From Mytilus edulis (Eukaryota), in contig NC_092357.1 in assembly GCF_963676685.1 (NCBI RefSeq), forward strand, positions 9,362,001 through 9,426,000: a stretch of 64,000 bases of DNA, written 5' to 3'. Positions 25,421 through 38,800 of the stretch are shown piece after piece (position 1 is the first letter of the stretch; every line of letters begins with the position of its first letter). The translations under genes and the position numbers were made by a program. The notes beneath the pieces are model-generated. The model did not search any database and was not told the DNA's origin. It was given only the letters and a program-made list of their open reading frames with translations.

Positions 25421-25888
25421 ACGCTATACCAGTGCCTTTAATAGCTTACTAAACGGTTTAGGATTTGCTTGCTGTTAAAGAGCATACGGAGATCGATAAT
25501 TGTTCACATCTCTTTTTATGGAAAAAGAAGATGCGGTATGATTGCCAATGAGACAACTCTTCACAAAGGACCAAATGACGCAGAAATTAACAACCATCGG
25601 TCATCAAACGGCCTTCAACAAAGACCATACCGCATAATTAGCTATTAAAGGCCAATTCAAATGAGAAAACTATCAGCCTAGTTTATGTACAAATTAATGA
25701 ACGAGACAAAAACTGAATTACGGGCTTCAGCATGCCTTGGGACATGACATGTGGAGCAGGATCTGCTAACCCTTCCGGTTGGAGCTTCTGAGATCACCCC
25801 CAGTTTTTGGTGGGTTCGTCTTCTCGACACCAATATCAAGTTTGTCAAACCTGCATTTAATGTAATGACTCTTGGGCATTTATATATA

Positions 25889-26129
25889 AGGGAACAACCA
25901 TTTAACTTAATGGGGTATGGGTTTTTGTTCGAGTCAATAAAGTTTAACATTTTTATTTAATTTTTCAACGCTTTCAGTCATTTTTTTTTTTAATATTTAA
26001 CACTATAAGGTATGGGGGAATAGAGTCCAGATTATTTTTATGGTCACCCACATGATCAGATTTTTTTCTTCGTGAAATTGGGAATCAGAATACTATAGTA
26101 CCCCCTTTGAAGTTAAATGGTCGTTTTCT
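25889..26129. mobile_element. MITE with AGGGAACAACCATTTAACTT TIRs
   Basis: Inverse end AAGTTAAATGGTCGTTTTCT; related pieces at about 20130-20360 and 20835-21060. Confidence 0.65.
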
Positions 26130-26617
26130 AAGCTTTTTCTAGATCCAGAAAGACAACTGAGCATTTAAATGAATAAAACAAATTTAAATATTTTTCTTGT
26201 TATTCTAATAATTGGACTTAGTTTTTGGCATTTTCCCTTCAATTTACGCTTTAACTTCAACAGTAGCAAAAGTAGGCTAGACACACGGTTCAGTTTTTTT
26301 CTTCTATATTAAACAGAAATAGACTTGCAGAATAAGTCTACTTATCCATCTCTTAAAACATCCACATTATTCGATGCCTAATGGTGCACCAAGTTTAAAA
26401 TAAAACTGGAAGCTCTATTGAGCCTGAACTAGTCACCTGTGTGTATCTTATACAAATGGTAAAGCAATACAGCTCATCAGAGCAAACTTAATAATAAAAC
26501 AGATGGTAAATATTACCTGTTAACAATTTCCTATTGTGTTTCAATGTCACCTATAATGTATATATATATATATGTATTTTGAATAAAAGCTCTAGAGCTT
26601 TATGTTGTATTGCTATA

Positions 26618-26797
26618 TAAAATTGAGAATGGAAATGGGGAAGATGTTAAAGAGACAATCCAACCAAAGAGCAGAAAACAGCTGAATGCCACCAATGGGT
26701 CAACACAGTGAGGAAATCCAGCACCCGGAGGTGGTCCTCAGCTGGCCCCTAAATAACAAATTTTGTACTAGTTTAGTGAACATGGACATCATACTAA
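26618..26797 (-). mobile_element. Retroposon family B, 3' fragment
   Basis: Same tail as 11455 and 12831. Confidence 0.75.
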
Positions 26798-27036
26798 ATA
26801 TATGTATACCCGACTTTAAATAAATCTATAATGCTTATACTTTTTACGTCTTCTGGAATCTATCTCAAATTACTGAAAGTACCCATACTTCTTACAGACA
26901 TTCACATGAGCACTACTGTCTAATTTCGTTTATAATTCATTCATTGGTTGAAGAGAAAAATATTGAAGTGTTTTGAATCAACGAATTTTGTTCTCGTCCC
27001 AGAAGCCATATTCAATAATTGGACTTTAAACCAACC

Positions 27037-27752
27037 GGCGCGGGACGTTTGCGCTTTTTCAGAGGACATTTAATTTTGAGCTTTTATTTTTGGACACTTG
27101 CGCTTCAAATCATAGGACATTTGCGCCTTTTACATAGGACATTTGCGCTTTTGCAATATTTTGTTTTTATAACTATCCTCCTCTTTTGTCCGAGCTTGGG
27201 ACCGGCAGGTTTGACCTGGTAGAGTTAAAAGTTTAAAAATCATCGCATAGTAGCACATTTTTTAGCACATTGATATTTGTTAAAAAGTTTATACATACAG
27301 CTAAAACTAGTAAAAGAAAACATTGTAAAGACATGAAAACACGTACAGTCATCACAGGTTAGTTTTCGCTTGATATCTGAAGCCCAAGAACTGATTTTTT
27401 TTAGCTCTTATCTGTTCTGAATGGTATTTCGCACATATTTCAAATAAATAATCATGTTTCACAATTCTGGGGTGCCTGTTCATCAATATTATAACAAATC
27501 GTAATGTATTTCGCCGCTTTTTGTTAAATGATGCTCTTCAAAAAAGATTTTTTTTTAACAGAATGCATGAGTGAGTAGAACTGTCTGCACCATTTGTCGT
27601 AATAATGACAAATATAACTTAAATTCATCTACGTAATAATATTACTTCTCATTAAAATAACAGATAGACGACTAATAATACAGGTGATTCAAAATTTAAA
27701 GCGCAAATGTCCTATCATTTTAAAGGTAAAAAAGCGCAAACGTCCTGTGCCC
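27037..27752. mobile_element. Non-autonomous TIR element with subterminal GGACATTTGCGC repeats
   Basis: GGCGCGGGACGTTTGCGCTTTT / AAAAGCGCAAACGTCCTGTGCC; no clear TSD. Confidence 0.65.
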
Positions 27753-27849
27753 AAAGCTCGAGGCCCAAACACTTGGGAGATACCTTTTGAAAAACATTTC
27801 TGCATTGTTTACAATTGATTTCATTTGTTATAAAAGGAATAACAACATG

Positions 27850-28289
27850 ATATCATTAAGTCATGCTAAATTGCTGCAATCTTCACAATTTTAGCAATCT
27901 AGTTAAATTTTAGACGGTTTCAGTCTTAACTGAAAGTGGCCACATTTGCATTCATTCTTAATATTGAAATGTAGGTTGTATTTGATGATAATACATAACA
28001 TATATAAAGGTTGATGATGAACACGGATGCTGCCACTTTCATTTTTGACAAAAACCATTTGATAAGTGACATTTTTTGGCATATTTGATAGATTTTTCAC
28101 ATTAAGCTTGGATCGGAGCGTCTTCAATGACTAAATCAGTTAAAATCTTTCACATAAACTAATTGAATCAACTGAAATAGACACTTAAATGTTTATAGAC
28201 CAGCGGTAGAATCAGAAAAAAATTAATAAGTGTTTAAAAAGTGTCCAAAATCTTTTGAGGACAAAATCGGCCCTTACCAGACCTCTTTC
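27850..28289 (-). mobile_element. Partial copy of the Kolobok-like MITE at 48222
   Basis: Reverse-complement similarity to about 48222-48630. Confidence 0.75.
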
Positions 28290-28319
28290 AATTACTTCTC
28301 GATGTTACATTAGAAAAAT

Positions 28320-30012
28320 CAAAAGGGAGATTACATCAATAGATATAAACAATTCACCAGAGTTTCATGAGAATTGCTGAAAGCATTTTTGAGTTATTGT
28401 CTGAAAACTGGAAAATGCCCCCGTTTTTAATGAATAAAACCCCATAACTTAGATATGTAAAATCATAAATTTATAAAATTCTAAAAGGAGCTTACATCAA
28501 TAGATGGAAACAGGTCACCAAAATTTCTTGCTAGTTGGTGAAAGCATTCTTGCGTTATTGTCTGAAAACTGGGAAAAAAACCCCTTTTTTATGAATACAA
28601 GAGAGCACACACTGAAATGTCTCGCCTTCTTTACTAATCATTGATATTATGTTGATAGTCCTAAGTATAAAGCTTTATTACAACGGTACATAAACTTAAC
28701 ATTAACCAAGATAGCTAAACAAAGACCAATGAACCATGAAAATGAGGTCAAGGTCAGATGAACCATGCCAGGCAGACATGTACAGCTAACAAAGCTTTCA
28801 TACAACAAATATAGTTGACCTATTACTTATAGTTTAAGAAAAATAGACCAAAACGCAAAAACTTAACACTGTGCAATGAACCGTGCAATTGAGGTCATGG
28901 TCAAATAAAACCTGCGGGACTGACATATAGATCATAATATATTTCCATACACCAAATATAGTTGCCCTTTGGCATATTATATTAGATAAAAAGACCAAAA
29001 CTTAAAAACTTAACATTGACCACTGAACCATGAAAATGAGGTCAAGGTCAGATGACATCTGCCTGCTAGACATGAACACCTTACAATCATTCCATACAAC
29101 AAATATAGTAGACCTATTGCATAAAGTATGAGAAAAACAGACCAAAACACAAAAACTTAACTATAACCACTGAACCATGCAAATGAGGTCAAGGTCAGAT
29201 GACACCTGCCAGTTGGACATGTACACCTTCCAGTCCTTCCATACACCAAATATACTAGCCCTATTGCTTATAGCATCTGAGATATGGACTTGACCACCAA
29301 AACTTAACCTTGTTCACTGATCCATGAAATGAGGTCGAGGTCAAGTGAAAACTGTCTGACGGACATGAGGACCTTGCAAGGTATGCACATACCAAATATA
29401 GTTATCCTATTACTTATAATAAGAGAGAATTCAACATTACAAAAATTCTTAACTTTTTTTCCAAGTGGTCACTGAACCATGAAAATGAGGTCAAGGACAT
29501 TGGACATGTGACTGACGGAAACTTCGTAACATGAGGCATCTATATACAAAGTATGAAGCATCCAGGTCTTTCACCTTCTAAAATATAAACCTTTTAAAAA
29601 GTTAGCTAACGCCGCCGCCAAATCACTATCCCTATGTTGAGTTTTCTGCAACAAAGTTGCAGGCTCGACAAAAAGCTTCTATTAACTCAGAATTTATAAA
29701 AATAGAAAGGGAGCTCATGTCAATAAATATAATTAATTCACCAAAATTTCTTGCAAGTTGCTGAAAGCATTCTTCGATTTATTGTCCCAAAACTGGAAAA
29801 TCCCCTTTTTTTAAAATGAATAAAACCCACAACTGGGGAACATAAAACCTAAAATTTGGAAAAAATTAAAATGAAATCACGCCAATAGATATAAACAATT
29901 CACCAAACTTTTATACAAATTGGTTAAAGTGTTTTAGAGAAAATGTCCGACATGTTGACAACAGATGGACATACAGACAACCATAACACGTCCTGTAAAC
30001 AGGCTTATAAAA
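28320..30012 (-). mobile_element. HINE with internal repeats of about 160-170 bp, split by a nested HINE
   Basis: Units containing ATAGATATAAACAATTCACCA / CTGAAAACTGGAAAA at about 28340, 28500, 29725 and 29885; end with GGAC/AGAC-like repeat and TATAAAA. Confidence 0.7.
28597..29674 (-). mobile_element. Nested HINE carrying about 6 tandem units of about 147 bp
   Basis: TGAACCATGAAAATGAGGTCAAGG at about 28731, 28877, 29024, 29171, 29319 and 29473; (GCC)n and end TTGCAGGCTCGACAAAA. Confidence 0.8.
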
Positions 30013-32848
30013 CATGTAAAAAGTAATGTTTGTTGATGATTCAAAGTAACAACGCTTGGACAGGACTTTGTCAGAAAACTTTTGTTTCCTTCTGCTGGAT
30101 TCAAATGTAACAGTACAAGAAGGACACTAGATGCCAAATAGTAGGGGAAAAAAGAGTGTTTGATGTTGATCAGACTGTTAGAAACATTTTTTTTAAAGAA
30201 TAGTACAACTTTGAAGAAGCAACTAAGTAACTTTTGACTGTCGGTGAGTAGACCAGAATAGTTTCAAACTATAAAACTGCTTTTATAAACACTTCTATGA
30301 CTCATATTAGTATTAAGCTAAGTGCTTGAATCAAAGGCAAAACGAACCTAGTTCCAACAGATATTAAATGACTATGTAAGTAATTCACATTAGGGCATAA
30401 AATTATAAGAATTTCAAGACTTTTGTCAGGATTTATATTTTTTGGGGGAGTATCAACAGTATTCTCCAATCAAGCTTGTACAAGTTATCAGGGTAGAGTG
30501 GTAACAGTGCATTCCAATGTTCCAGATTCTTTCAGTTACCTGCCTATATAACTCTTATTCATTTCAACTTTCATCCCGAAATCTTGCGCACCAACAATGC
30601 TATTTTTGCGATGGACAAAAGATCAAATCATGATTTTAAAAGCTTAAAAGAAAGATATATTATTTTTTTCACAATTTTTATTACCATAATAAACAATGAC
30701 AGATATTATAATTCTGTAGGAAACAAATGTTTGGTGGTTAAAGTTCAAATGGTCCTAAATTTTAGAATTTACAAAAAAAAAAAAAAATTAAACCAAGGGG
30801 AGATAACAACTATATAAACTTAACCAAATGTAAATAAAATATTCACCACAAAATATTTGTCCTCAAAACTATAATATAAAACAAAATGATTGGCAAAGCA
30901 AACAATGATTATATAATTATATACTCTTGTATTAAACAGAGGAACTTAAAATATGAAAAGAAAAACATTTAACAATTAGGCCATGCAAAATTAACCTTCA
31001 GTTTCTCACTTACAGTTATAACTCGTTCAACAAGGCAGGAGAACTGGATGCTTTTCATTCCTTGATTTCAAATGATAATGAAACAAAAATCAGTTAATCC
31101 ATAATTTGCTCATATATCAGATAAGATTGATATAAATGTACAAAAGAAATTAAAAGTTGATTTGATGGCCTTACTTATATAAAGATACACTTAACATTCA
31201 AAAGCAATACATGTAGTTTAATATCAGGAATTAAAATTCTTCAAGCAGATATGGTAAATCATTTTTTTTTACTCAACATGCAACTTAAATATATTTGTTT
31301 TTTAATACATACAATTACCAATACCTTTCTTAACAATGTATTATAAAAAAAAAAGTTTCAAACAAATGCTTTTCCAATTTTCAAACCTGAACTGAAAAAC
31401 ATACCCTGACAATATCAAACATATTTTTGATTCTAAATATCAAATTGTTCACTTATTTTTCTTCTGAATAAATGATTATTAACATATGAAACCAGAACCC
31501 ACTCGAGATAGTACAATTTTTTTCTTACAGTAAAAACAGTGAGATATTCCAAAACCAATTGTTCTATAATAGTTTATGACAATTCCTTCAACGTTTACAA
31601 ATAATATGGAGTAAAAATTTCATGCGTAGATCAATGATCATTTTAATACTTTAAAAAGTTTCCATTCACAAAAAAAAAACTTTATTTAACTGTCATTTAC
31701 AAATCATAGCAGTAAAAAGAAAAAGTTTGACTACAAATTAAAAAAAAATTCTGAAAATCAAACCCATCTAGTCTTTAAGAAACCTAAAATTTTTACAATC
31801 AATCAATGAGCCGAAAAATAAGTAATTCTACATTTAACCTTCCAGCATGTTATAATTTTCAACATATTTGGTTCAAATTAAGTCTAAGACCAGCAGACTA
31901 TACTCCTTAAACTATCACATAAGATTTCTAATTACTTGTTGGTATATTTCAATACTGTATTCTATCACTTTTACAGCCTTGTGTTTCTCAGATATCAACA
32001 TTTATAAATTATCTTTTTACTACAATCATTAATACTGAATTTATCTGATTGCAGAAGATGGCAATATTCCATGGCTTTTTATACTTTACTATCTGTATGT
32101 TGAAAAATAAACAAATAAATAAATATAAGATTTTAATAAGTGCTTTATTACAATTTACTTCCAATTTTATGCAATTTAAAAAATATTAAGCATCAGTTGT
32201 TAATAAAGAACTGTGGCAAAAATAATGGTTGATTGTATTTTACCAATGAACCTTCAAGAAATATACAAGGTTTTCAATTAGACAATATAAAAATTGGTGA
32301 TTTAAAGAAAATACCCATGATGCAGCATGCAATCATGAGCACAAAAACTATCAAATAAATCTTTTAGTTTAGCATTTCTATGGATTAGTAATAGAAACAA
32401 GACTTGAATATTGTAGAATTTCTTTCTTTAATTCAATAAACCAAATTGTCATGTTAAAATCTAAGTTTTATTTTTCTTCAGAATTTGTTAGCACTGCTAG
32501 AAACCTTTTATAAATAGCTGTGTCCATTACCAATGATGTGCCTTGATTTTGGGGTATCAATATCTTGCAGATAATTAATTATTTCTTTGTGTTTATAGCC
32601 CAGCTAGATGAAGCATTAACGTTGAATTAGATGTTTCTGTTTGGGTAAATACAAAATTCTCAAAAAATTAACTTTGACAGAATTTCAAATGTACAAAATA
32701 AGCAAAGTATCACAACATATGAAATCAAAAAGGAAGTTTAATAGTTTATTTTTTTTGGATTTTCTCTGCATCCTTCCAATAAAGATGTCAGATGTCATTA
32801 AGAAAATAAAGTTCTTCAATCTTGTCCATTAATCTGTTTCTGTTTAAT

Positions 32849-35800
32849 TTACTCCTTCTTTTTTTCCTGTAAAGAGAAAAAATAATCACTCGTTAAATTT
32901 GAATTGAAATTGTAGAGTTCTATAAAAACACAGCAGATTGAGAGAAGAATTCAGATTCTCAACTATTGGTGGATGTCAAGTACTTATTGTGCCCCACATA
33001 GGGCCTTATGATTTTCAGTCCATCCCGACTCGGATTCTTAAAGTGTTTGGTTAAGGTAGTTTTTGATGAAGTTGAAGGCCAATCAACTTGATACTTAGTA
33101 CACATATTCCCTATGATATGATCTTTCTTAATAGGAGTTTTGACCCCCAATTTCACAGTCCACTGAAAATAGTCATAGTTGTTCACTCTCATAAATATCA
33201 TTCAATTTCATGTGGTCCTAAGTAACAACCCAATATTTTGTTCAGTTAAGTATTGTAAAGGACTCATAGCCGATTTTTTAATAATAAGTCTAAGTTGTCT
33301 AACGGCATTAACAGCGTTTTATCAGTTTTAATTCTTTGGTCAAAGAACATTTTGAAATCTTTGAAAACATGATAGGCCACAAAATAAATCCATGAAACTG
33401 TGTCACTAAAATATTACTGCTATAACTCTATGCACAAAAGCGGTAATTAAACCTAAACAATTTTGAATCTATCTAGTGATGTCAGTCTTTGCCAAACTGT
33501 AATAGGGTTTGTCTAACCGCAAAAGAAATTTGAAATTAATTGCTATATATTAAACCAAAAAATCCATTAAAATTCTGTCTGACCGAACGATATTTTGTCG
33601 GACATTTTGTCAAACAGACAGAGTTTGGGATACACTGTGATGTAAGACATTATCTTTTTGAACTGGCTAATTATTTTACTAACTTACCTTTTTGCCTAAG
33701 ATGATCATCAGTTTACGGAAGATGTTGATGAAGTCCAGGAACAAATCCACACTATGCCTGCAATAACAATAGGTTTAGAAATGTTATTTGATTTTACTTA
33801 CCATGCTTACAAAATGTTTAGAAATATTATTTGCAGTTCATTATCTTTTTAAAATTTAACAATGTATGTAATTTTGACCCAATGATTGATGGATTGTTGC
33901 TTGCTTAACATTTAGGATGAATATTCTGATCTTTCATCAGTTACTGTACTTTCAATATGATTTTATATGTAACACTATATGTCTACAGTCTTTATCTTAA
34001 GTGTGTATTGTTTTTTATTCATCTTCATTGGCTATATTTACCGTCAAATCCACATGTCTTAGGATGCCATTTTGAAATGCTCCAATTCTCAATGGCTCCA
34101 TTAATACAATATAATCTTAAATTTAACTGAAGTAACCTCAAAAATGCTGTTTCAATCAGTTTTAACCCTTTTCCATGGATATTTTTTTTTTAAAATACTT
34201 GATTCGCATAGGATTATTAAAAAAAAAATCAAAAAATCATCAGGTTTAAAGTATTGATGCATTGCGAAAAACGATTATTTCAACAATGAAATCCCAGTCA
34301 AAGATTCTCATGAATATCCTTTTTTTATATAAGATACAAATTTTTTAAGTCTGATAAAGTTTTTTCGTAGGTGAGACGTTTCAACTGAGTCACTACACAG
34401 GCATTAAAAGGAGTCATTATGGAGTAAAGGGCCAAAAGGCGTCATTATGGAGTAAAGGGCCAAAAGGCGTCATTATGGAGAAAAGGGTTTACCCTGATCT
34501 GAATCATACCAAATAAATAAACTTTCTTGTCATTTTTTTCATTTGTATGACAATACAGTTGTATGTTTTGCCATGATGTTTTTGCACAAAATCATTCATG
34601 ACATTTTACAGAATTTTATTTCATTTTCAAATAATACATTATTAAAAGCAATTATGTACAATTTTCTTTTGTAATGCTTTTGTGACTTTCTAATTGGCAA
34701 CAGAAAGTTTTCAACTAGTAACTTCAGTACTGGTAATCCATTAAGTTTATGTAGTGGTGCACTGATTATCTGAACCATCCATTAATTGGTTAATCTTGGT
34801 TACTTGGTTCGTTGATTGGTTTGAAGTGTGTACTGATTTCTATTTTGGCCTATATAGTACTGAGCCTCGAGGTCTGTTTTAATATACATGATACCAAGGG
34901 AAGGCATATACCTACATCTCAAATGTACTTTACATACATTTCACAGGGCCTTCCCTGGATATCATGCACATTGTAAGTGTAAATTGACAGATGTTAGAAA
35001 CATTGTTTGTTCTTTTTAAATAAGATTTTAATTAAATAATAATTTACCAGATAAAGTCATCGTCTCCATTACGTTTTTTCTCAACAATAAGTTGTGTGTC
35101 GTACAGGACAAAGGCACAGAAAATCAATAATCCAGCATGGAGGTATAACTAAAAATAGAAAAAAACCAAGATAAAATCTACAAATATGACTATTGGATAA
35201 TTGTACAGCATAATTCCAATATAACTTGTTTTTAATCTGTAATTTTTTACATCTATTTTCAAGTTTTGCCAAGGCTTTCAAGGTCTTACACAACACCTGC
35301 ACATGGAGATGTATTTTAAAATTTCAACCAGAATCTAAACAAAATTTGTGGTACAATGAGAGGTAAATATAATGTCCGACTCCCATTATAACATGTATAA
35401 ATGTTTAATACATGTACAAAATGTACATGCATGACATGTAGAAGTACTTATCTAAATACAGTCATAATATCAATTTCTGTGTCATTTTGGTCTTTTTGTA
35501 ATTGTAAATTTTACCACATCTTCTAAGCCACCAATTCCCTCTAGTAACATGGCAAGATTTGAGTAAATTATTGATATAACTACTAAGACAATTCAGACAA
35601 AGCAGCCCCGTGATAACATGTTAAGATCTGAGTAAATTATTGATATAACAAACTTACATCCCAAATCATCTGAGACACTGAACCCCCTCATAACATGGTA
35701 AGATCTGAGTAAATTATTGATATAACAAACTTACATCCCAAATCATCTGAGACACTGAACCCCCTCATAACATGGTAAGATCTGAGTAAATTATTGATAT

Positions 35801-38800
35801 AACAAAATTACATCCCAAATCATCTGAGACACTGAACCCCCTCATAACATGTTAAGATCTGAGTAAATTATTGATATAACAAACTTACATCCCAAATCAT
35901 CTGAGACACTGAACCCCCTCATAACATGGTAAGATCTGAGTAAATTATTGATATAACAAACTTACATCCCAAATCATCTGAGACACTGAACCCCCTCATA
36001 ACATGGTAAGATCTGAGTAAATTATTGATATAACAAACTTACATCCCAAATCATCTGAGACACTGAACCCCCTCATAACATGGTAAGATCTTAGTAAATT
36101 ATTGATATAACAAACTTACATCCCAAATCATCTGAGACTGGAAGAAAATGTTCATGAATCCCAACAGCATCAACCAACTAAGTCCAGACATCAGAAACCC
36201 TGAAAAATACAGTTTCACGCTCACTATGATTATCTGAACATACAGTGATTTTAAATGCACTTCATATAACATATTTAATTAAATTTCTCTAAATAAAATG
36301 CAAACTATTGCAAGTTCATAGGAGTTTTCTTTCTTTTTTAACTACCTGCGAGTAAAGTTTGACAGCAATATTTGTTGAAATTATTCGCTGATGTATGTAT
36401 CGTCATGATCATGTACATCATTGAACATGTGTATGATGTGTATGGACAATGTGAATGCAATTTACAATTACACATTATTACATGTATGACTTCTAGATCT
36501 AGAGTGGGTGTCTAATAAAGTTAAGATATTATATACAGAAAAGCTAAACACATTTATGCCTTATAAGATTTCTTTGCATTTTTGTTTTCAACAAATGATC
36601 AAATCTTTTCATCTAAATTATCTGTAAACCAACAACTTTCCAAATGTATCTTCAGACTTAAATGCTAACAGAATATCTGTACTTACCACCCATGTATAAA
36701 AAGGTTCTATCTGTGTTGTATAATGCAGCCAAAGAAAAACTGACAAAAATCACAGTAGTGGCCATAAAGGCTGTTGCTATTATGCTGAAAATAAAACATA
36801 AACAATATTAATATTAATATCAAGATGAGGTGAACTCATGTGCGATTCTTTATAATGGATTTACTGGTAATCATATGAAAACTTAAATTATTTTTTAATC
36901 TGGTGGATTCAATGGCTGACTATTAAAGCAGTGTGAGTTTAGGTCATTGTTGAAGGAGATACTGTGACATAAGTTGTCTCATTGGATGTCATCAATGACT
37001 TACAATGAACATTGTTAGTGACCTAAGGTTGCTTACATGAACATCAATAGATTTTAGAGGATATTTGTCTCATTCAGTGTTCTCCCCAGAATTTTCAAAT
37101 AACAACTTGGAAATTAACATTGCACTGGTTTTCCAAAAAAATATACTACCATGGACCCTATATATATTCTATAATAACATCATCCAAGATAGCACCAGGG
37201 TACGATGGTGCTTGAAGGCCCTGGGGAGAACACTGTGACATTGGAAGTCATATTACATCTCTCTATTTTTATACTAAGTTGTTTAACTGTAACATGCTGG
37301 TCAAATAGGCTAAAGTCTGAAGGAAGACATTTCATCCGTGTTAGATGGTTTTTCTGACCTTGAGCAGATCAATCTTTGCTCCTACTTCTCTTTGCCTAAG
37401 GGAGAACCAGCAAATGCTAATTTTAAAGTCTTTTACTTTGACCAGCTAGGAATTGAACAAACAACCTTCTACACATGTACAATGTACATGTGCACAATTT
37501 GTCACATGTACAAAATGTACTTAATTCAACCTTAAAAATTACTTAAACCATTATAACAGCAAAATTATAATTCTTATGCAATTAAACATGTACATGTAAC
37601 CATTGTAACACCAATTTTGATTGCAGAGGTCTTTCATTGATCATTTTGATACTAGGTTGATAGTCAAGTTATTGACAACAACATGGCACAATTGCAGTCA
37701 CTGTACATGGTTTATTTTACAGTATACTCATGTACTCAAAATGATTACATTTGTAATTTTGAAAATTTTAAGGATTGCATTAGAAATGAAATTTCACTAC
37801 TGTAGCAAAATAGTTGCCACTGCCAATAATTGGTAAATTTAGATTTGACAGGCTCTGCCTCATGTCTACAGTAAAATGGCATTAATAACTGCCAAATCCC
37901 TGATTGATAGTAGCAACTCTTCTAATACTGTACTGTTATTTTTAAACAACATAACGATGTACATTTATTATTCTAACCTGGGATCAATGTCTATAACCCA
38001 ATCCATGACTGGACCAAGTGACATTCCACTGAAAAAAGTAAAACCTGTAAAGATGGCCATTCTCTTCATCTGTGTCTCTTTTGAGTGATGTGTCATTGCC
38101 AACCATATCATTAGTCCAATGGAGGCTATCGAGGTGAGGAAACTGTGCTGCAAGTAGTAATGAAAAATATAATCTCATGTACATGTATGATGTGTGAGTG
38201 CCAACAGATGCGTACAAAATGGTCAGTCTTGAAACAGGAGCCTAAAACTACATTGTACAAAATGTTGTATGTCCTACTGGTTTTGCTAATTGCTAATTAC
38301 TGAAGGTCATTAAATTTATAGTTGCCAACTTCTACTGATGAGAATACTGTTAAGTATTCCACATTCCAAACTAAAAGACAAATTGAAAGAGTTGATATTA
38401 CTTTGCTTCATAAAAAAGAATGGCCAACGTAGATACAAGTATCTTGTCTTAGGGAGGGATAAATCCTACTTTGTAAAGAATCACTCTGATTCAAACAAAA
38501 AATTCTCTGAAACTGATATTATCAAGATGCTTGATTTCTTGATTGACAACATATTTGTTACGTTCGGAGGACGTGTTTTTCAACAGACTGTCGGCATTCC
38601 AATGGGAACAAACTGTGCCCCTCTACTCGCCGACTTGTTTCTTTATTATTATGAGGCTGACTTCATGCAGGAACTTCTTAGGAAGAAAGATAAGAAGTTA
38701 GCAATATCCTTTAACTCTACTTTCCGCTATATAGATGATGTTCTTTCACTAAACAATTCAAAATTTGGTGACTATGTGGAACGCATCTATCCAATCGAAC

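Noticed and set aside
38338-38352. ATG start of the RT ORF
   Set aside because: Fortuitous ATG in flanking DNA; homology starts mid-RT at SIPH
38335-38363. CUGAUGA followed by a 6-bp stem at the PLE 5' junction
   Set aside because: Followed by CACA rather than GAAA, with no stem III; better explained as a junction snap-back
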